The notes under the pieces were generated by a model. It did not search any database, was not told the DNA's origin, and saw only the letters and a list, made by a program, of their open reading frames with translations. Shown in pieces: positions 59,117-64,000 of a DNA stretch of 64,000 bases (position 1 is the stretch's first letter; the number at the start of each line of letters is the position of its first letter). The stretch comes from Flectonema sp. DT1601 (taxonomy: Eukaryota): assembly GCA_964019425.1 (NCBI GenBank), contig OZ025789.1, positions 1,302,001 through 1,366,000 on the forward strand. Reading direction: 5' to 3'. The position numbers and the translations under genes are program-made.

Positions 59117-61638
59117 ATGCCGCCGGTTTTTATAGAAAATGATAGGTTTCTCAGATACACTGAAGTACTGAGATCTAGACCGCCACCATCTCCACAAGAG
59201 ATCAAAAGAGATACCAGCAGTGAAGATCTACATGGCGGGAGTCGAATATCGGATGTAGTTGGAGGATGGGTTGCTAGGAGAGATCTATCGGTGAGGGATA
59301 GCGTGTCGCAAGTATCTCCTGAAAAAGTTACAAAAACTGATTTGCAATCAATCTTAAGTAACTGGGTCTCTAACAACCCTCGCAACAACAGCAACACTGC
59401 TCCAGAGATTGTCAGCTCTGCAACAACTTCACAACACCGCAGTGAAAGACAAAACCATACAGTCATTCACAGAACTGGTCCTTCACAAATTGAACAACAA
59501 AGACCCAATAAAGAACATTCGTATCAAGAGAAAACTTCTTTTCATGAGATTCACCAATCAGAGGTTCCTGAAAAAGTATCTTCAGAAGTAAACCCACCAC
59601 CGAGTGATATAAATGAGTGGATTAGATCTCCTGTAGCTCAGTCTGATATCGAATCACCGAATGTATTTAATGGTCGGGACACGTTGCCGCCATCGCAAAC
59701 AGTCTTTACACAAAACCAACAAGAGAACGGTCACTACCATCAGAGTGCTAACTTTGTTAGTGAATATGATGTTAGAGTTCCTCAACAATACCAACAAACT
59801 GATCATCAGCAACCTGTTGAAGATTTCAATACTCAAAGAACAGCTGAAGATATCGTTAATGAACTTAGCAAAGACAATCTCACTGCTACGGACATCAACG
59901 AATATGAAGAGGGAAGACACACAAATCCACATAGGTATATCACAGAGTATAAAGATTCTGAAAAGATCAAAAGTTCAGTACCAAGTTCAGAGAATGGATT
60001 ACACCCTCATCTCCGATCACACTCAAGATCATTAAGTAGCAATGCGGGAAGTACAAGTGTACGGATTGATGAATCTCAAATAAACTCTGCTTTTAAATCA
60101 CCTCCTCAAGATGTAACGTATAGAGGAGAGTCACCAATTCTTTCATCAAGAGAACTACTTGCTGCCTTCACTAATGGAATTAATGAAATGGAAGCACAAG
60201 CTAGAAATACTATTGCAGAAAGTATAAGGTCTCGAACAGCTGATCCTAAGCAGACCTCATCAGACAGCAGTCATAGTGAAGTTCCAACAGATGTTGTTGA
60301 ATTGATTTTACAAAGACATAGTAAGCATTACACCAATGAGGGTAATCACACCAGAGAAGTTATTCACGATGATGGCAGTGTTATACCTCCAAATATTGAA
60401 AGGGGGTCAAAGTCTGGTATTCGGGGATCTGATATTGTGTCTCGTAATCATAATATTTTAACAAAAAGAGAAGTTGATAAACTGTTCTCTCCTAACGAAG
60501 GTTTGTCACCAGACTTAATGACTTCAGTTAGAAGATCACATGAAGATAGCTCTGAGCTGATGACTCATATCAAAACACCTTTGAGAGAAATAAATGAATC
60601 ACCAATTAGTAACGTAGCTGTTAAAACTCCTTTCAGATCTTCTCCAGGTGATGATATTACCGTTTCGGTAGTAGAGAGCGCTCGAAAACCGCTAATCGGT
60701 ACTTTTCAAAACGACTTCCCTCCGAGTCCTTCCAGGACTACAATCCCAATTGATACGTCAGTTGATCCAACTTCACGAAAAGTATTCGATGATCGTTCTC
60801 AACTAACTGAGAATGAAAGTGAAGAACCAACTGCAGTGTTATCACATGGAGTGAGAGGATCTACTCGTCTGGTAAGGCAGCCACTTCACGTCCCCGTGAC
60901 ACCTTCAAAAGCAGAGGAAGCAACGCATCTCAGCAACTTAGGAAGTGATCTGTTACCTGTCAATAGTGAAACACCACCACCACCACCACCACCACCACCA
61001 CATAGTGATAAGTTAAGTGTGTGTAATCACAAAGCTCATCAATCTTTAGAAGTGTCACAAGATGAGGTAACGAAGTCTAATCCTCTAATTAGAACTCCTG
61101 CTATTCTAAATAATAGTCACGTTGTTGAACCACCAGTTGAAGACAGAAACTGTTTTAGTTATTATAACTTAGCCAAAGAAGAAGTTGTAGGAATTGGTGA
61201 CCTCAGGAATAAGACACCAACTCATGTGAAGCACACAACAACTTACCAAACGACTCCAAATAAAGATCCATGGGATAGAGAATCACCGAGAACACAACTA
61301 CCTCAGAAGTGGTTGAGGTGTCCAAGTTGTTACTTTGAGTGGCAGAGAAGTGCGATTCCAAAAGGTGAAGATCGATCAGCATACGATGTTATAGAAATTA
61401 AGAAGGACCGAGATCCTCTTCAACCTCCTCCTCCTCCCCCAACCATCCTTCCGGTAACTCCACAGCCGAGAGTTGCTTCGAAACGGATGTCTCCAATCCC
61501 GGCGTCGGAAAAGGTATGCCTTCACGTGTTTCGTATATTTTAACTACTAATAATAAAGTTGTTGTGTTTGTAAACAAAACAAAACAAAAACAGGGAGATG
61601 AGGAACAAATTAATCCCCCAGAAGACTTCCTTCAATAA
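59117..61638 (+). CDS. Hypothetical low-complexity Ser/Pro-rich protein; probable intron 61514-61593
   Basis: ~800 aa ORF with poly-Pro tracts and a WLRCPSC motif. AAG|GTATGC donor and AAAACAG acceptor give a terminal exon GDEEQINPPEDFLQ*. The 3' structure is uncertain. Confidence 0.65.
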
Positions 61639-61999
61639 CGTTGATACACATCTCGACAGACTTAAGAATAGAGAAGACTCAAATATTCTCTTGGGGGTAC
61701 CTTTCCCAGAATGAAATAAACAGTCGCAGACGTTAGCTAATAGATTCCTCGATTTTGATGTGAAAACATAGTAGCGATCGACCTCATGAAGTTTTCAAAA
61801 GACTTCTTTCATAGATTACCCGAAAAGTTGACTTCAGATTTATATTAAAAAAAACAGTATATTTTAAAAACCATATTTCCATTCAGACAGCAAGACTACA
61901 TTATTTATTATAATCACACTGAGGGAGAGCTTATCGTGTTTTAATTACATATTTACAGCAGGGCACTCGGGGAGGTGTCCTTTTGATCGGGAACACAAC

Positions 62000-63154
62000 A
62001 TGGATACGTCACGGGCATCGTTGATGTTAAGTAAAATGAATACCAGTCACTCTGAACTCGACACCCAAAGTACGATTAAAGTACAACGACATGATGATGA
62101 GAGCGCTATCACTACAGCCACACCAACACCTGCACTGACTCCCGAAGAGGCTTTCGCCAATGCTATGGAATTTATTACGAGTTTGAAAGAAAGTGGAACA
62201 AATGCTAAGACACCACTACTTGACACAATCAGAGGTGTTGGTCCATCACAGTCACCTCGTAGGATTGGTGGGACTGCTGCTCCTCCAGTAAGAAATATTG
62301 AATCTCCGAGAAGAATACCACCGACTGCTAGTATTCAGGAATTAGAAGCAGAAAGTGGTCGTATTATTGCTCAAAGTGCATCTTTCAGAAAAATATTGAC
62401 TCGCAGTAAGTCAACTCCTGGAAACGTTCCTCGTTATGACTCCAAAGCATCAGCGGTAGCAGCAGCAGTAAAACAACTTCCAGGATGGTCCTTACCTGAC
62501 TTGACTGATCCTCTACTAACTGAAGCACTTGTTGAAGCTCTCTGTGTCAAGGATGATTCAGGTGCTTGGATCCCTGATGGGGGAGTCATTAAAAGTGTTC
62601 GTAAGAGAGCTACTAAGGAAATCAAAGAAGTAGTTTCAGTTCACTTCAACGATCTCACCCGCCAAGAAGAAACCATTCGAAACGACTATTTCTTTGATGA
62701 GAATGTCGCATTTGATAAAATACGTTCTTTAGAAATGAGAGAAAAGGCAGTTTCCTGGTCAGCCTCAGTCCGAAATGAACTGAACAAGAGAAAGCCGAGT
62801 ACTGCACAGGCTACTCCAATTAATCCAGATGACCTGTCTCAGTGGTTGGTAGGTAAAGGAATGTCACCTGTTGAGGCTAATTTCTTTGTAAGTACTTCAC
62901 TTCCAAGTAACTCGACACCTATTCATATTCCATCAGCTGCGACTGTTGATGTACCAGCAGCACAGCCAACTGTTGGTATTTGTAGAATTCCTGCACCAGC
63001 AGAAGTATTGTTTGGGTGTGAGAATCCTCTTCAGTCTCCAATTCGATCGGATACGTTTTCTCAACCTGTTCAGCAACTTTCTTCTTCATCAAATTGGAGA
63101 AGAGTTGAAGAAGAAGTTGACGGAATGATACTCGTTCATTGGGTTCGTGATTAG
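62000..63154 (+). CDS. Hypothetical protein
   Basis: 384 aa ORF with coding-like composition after a TTTACAGCAG acceptor. No family recognised. Confidence 0.7.
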   Translation: MDTSRASLMLSKMNTSHSELDTQSTIKVQRHDDESAITTATPTPALTPEEAFANAMEFITSLKESGTNAKTPLLDTIRGVGPSQSPRRIGGTAAPPVRNIESPRRIPPTASIQELEAESGRIIAQSASFRKILTRSKSTPGNVPRYDSKASAVAAAVKQLPGWSLPDLTDPLLTEALVEALCVKDDSGAWIPDGGVIKSVRKRATKEIKEVVSVHFNDLTRQEETIRNDYFFDENVAFDKIRSLEMREKAVSWSASVRNELNKRKPSTAQATPINPDDLSQWLVGKGMSPVEANFFVSTSLPSNSTPIHIPSAATVDVPAAQPTVGICRIPAPAEVLFGCENPLQSPIRSDTFSQPVQQLSSSSNWRRVEEEVDGMILVHWVRD

Positions 63155-63423
63155 TCTTCACTACGTGTAATTAATCATCTTTGTTTCGAAGCGTACCTTA
63201 TCAGAAGAAAATATCAACTCTGTTGGTGTAATTGTTATTTTTTTTTTTTAAATTGTTCTGTAATAGATAACCTTAGACCCCCTCCCCTCCCTTCCCAATA
63301 TTCAAAACTGTTTGTTGTAACCTCGTGTTAAAAAATACAGAGTCGATTCTTTTATTGATTAATAATATCATAGATATTGATGTCTTTGTGATAATATTAT
63401 TTCAGCTATTTCAGTTCATAAAA

Positions 63424-64000
63424 ATGGTTCACGGATCTCCAAACGGTCAACGGATGCGAAACGTCTCAACAGAAAGAGAAAGGAGACGCCTCCGCAGTAA
63501 AATTGCAGCTGCTGAAAAATTGGTTTCGGGAGCTCCCGATAAGGAAATAAAACCTTTTATGGCAGGCACTACTACCCGGTGTCGACAAAATGGAGGAAAA
63601 TCTACAAAGAATTTGGTAAAAGAGTACGCAATAGTAGCGAAGATTACCGGAGATGGTAACCGATTAGAGTTATTGGCTGAACCAAAGAGACACTCGGTAA
63701 CTGTGATGATTCAAAAAGGACCTGGAAGTACTTTAAAAATACCTGCAGTAGTACACAATGGCGATACCGTCAGTGTCATAGACTGTGAGTCAGGATGGCG
63801 TTACAAAGGAAGTGAATTCGTTCGCGTAGTCCGATCAGATGGCACTGAGGGATATATACAGAAATTCCACCTCGACGTTACTTCTGACTTTGGAGGTAGA
63901 GATTCTTGGCGGCAGCCACGACAATACAACGACCTCCTACCCGATTGTAAAATGACTCGCGAGCGAGTAATAAAGGAAGGCTCACGAGCCCCATATAAAT
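63424..64000 (+). CDS. 3'-partial ORF with SH3b-like domain (absent from the ORF track)
   Basis: Manual translation from ATG 63424 (MVHGSPNGQR...) stays open to the window end. Contains VHNGDTVSVID...EFVRVVRSDGTEGYIQKFHL. TTTCAG acceptor upstream. Confidence 0.7.
   Translation, partial: MVHGSPNGQRMRNVSTERERRRLRSKIAAAEKLVSGAPDKEIKPFMAGTTTRCRQNGGKSTKNLVKEYAIVAKITGDGNRLELLAEPKRHSVTVMIQKGPGSTLKIPAVVHNGDTVSVIDCESGWRYKGSEFVRVVRSDGTEGYIQKFHLDVTSDFGGRDSWRQPRQYNDLLPDCKMTRERVIKEGSRAPYK

Noticed and set aside
61594..62000. Splicing the 59117 gene into the 62000 ORF
   Set aside because: The best donor/acceptor pair leads to a stop at 61636-61638, and no convincing in-frame path was found.
1..64000. CRISPR arrays, rRNA, spliced-leader RNA gene, telomeric repeats, transposase/RT genes, alternative genetic code
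   Set aside because: None seen by eye. Long ORFs translate with the standard code and all three stop codons are used as terminators.

Overview
AT-rich eukaryotic genomic DNA, full of poly-A and poly-T tracts, from a protist. A euglenozoan such as a diplonemid is inferred from three features: about 19 credible genes all on the + strand, YAG acceptors just upstream of most start codons, and receptor-type adenylate cyclases alongside conventional GT-AG cis-introns. Gene order: a cyclic-nucleotide-gated K+ channel (5'-partial); two tandem receptor adenylate cyclases with patchy near-identity; a ~16 kb gene desert; a compact block of SnoaL/NTF2 protein, membrane dual-specificity phosphatase, microbial-type PARG (TIGR02452) and L-fucokinase; two hypothetical proteins; a SAM-domain repeat protein; a 3-exon coiled-coil/PDZ protein; a NADAR/YbiA protein; a 3-exon membrane-anchored PP2C; a DHHC-like protein reading DHHN; a polycystin-2 channel; a DysF-FYVE-C2-MCTP-like protein; two low-complexity proteins; and a 3'-partial SH3-like ORF missing from the ORF track. 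Intergenic DNA holds at least three small dispersed repeat families, one of them a terminal-inverted-repeat/hairpin element. Several introns have A-rich rather than pyrimidine-rich 3' ends. All homology calls come from motif recognition by eye, not database searches.
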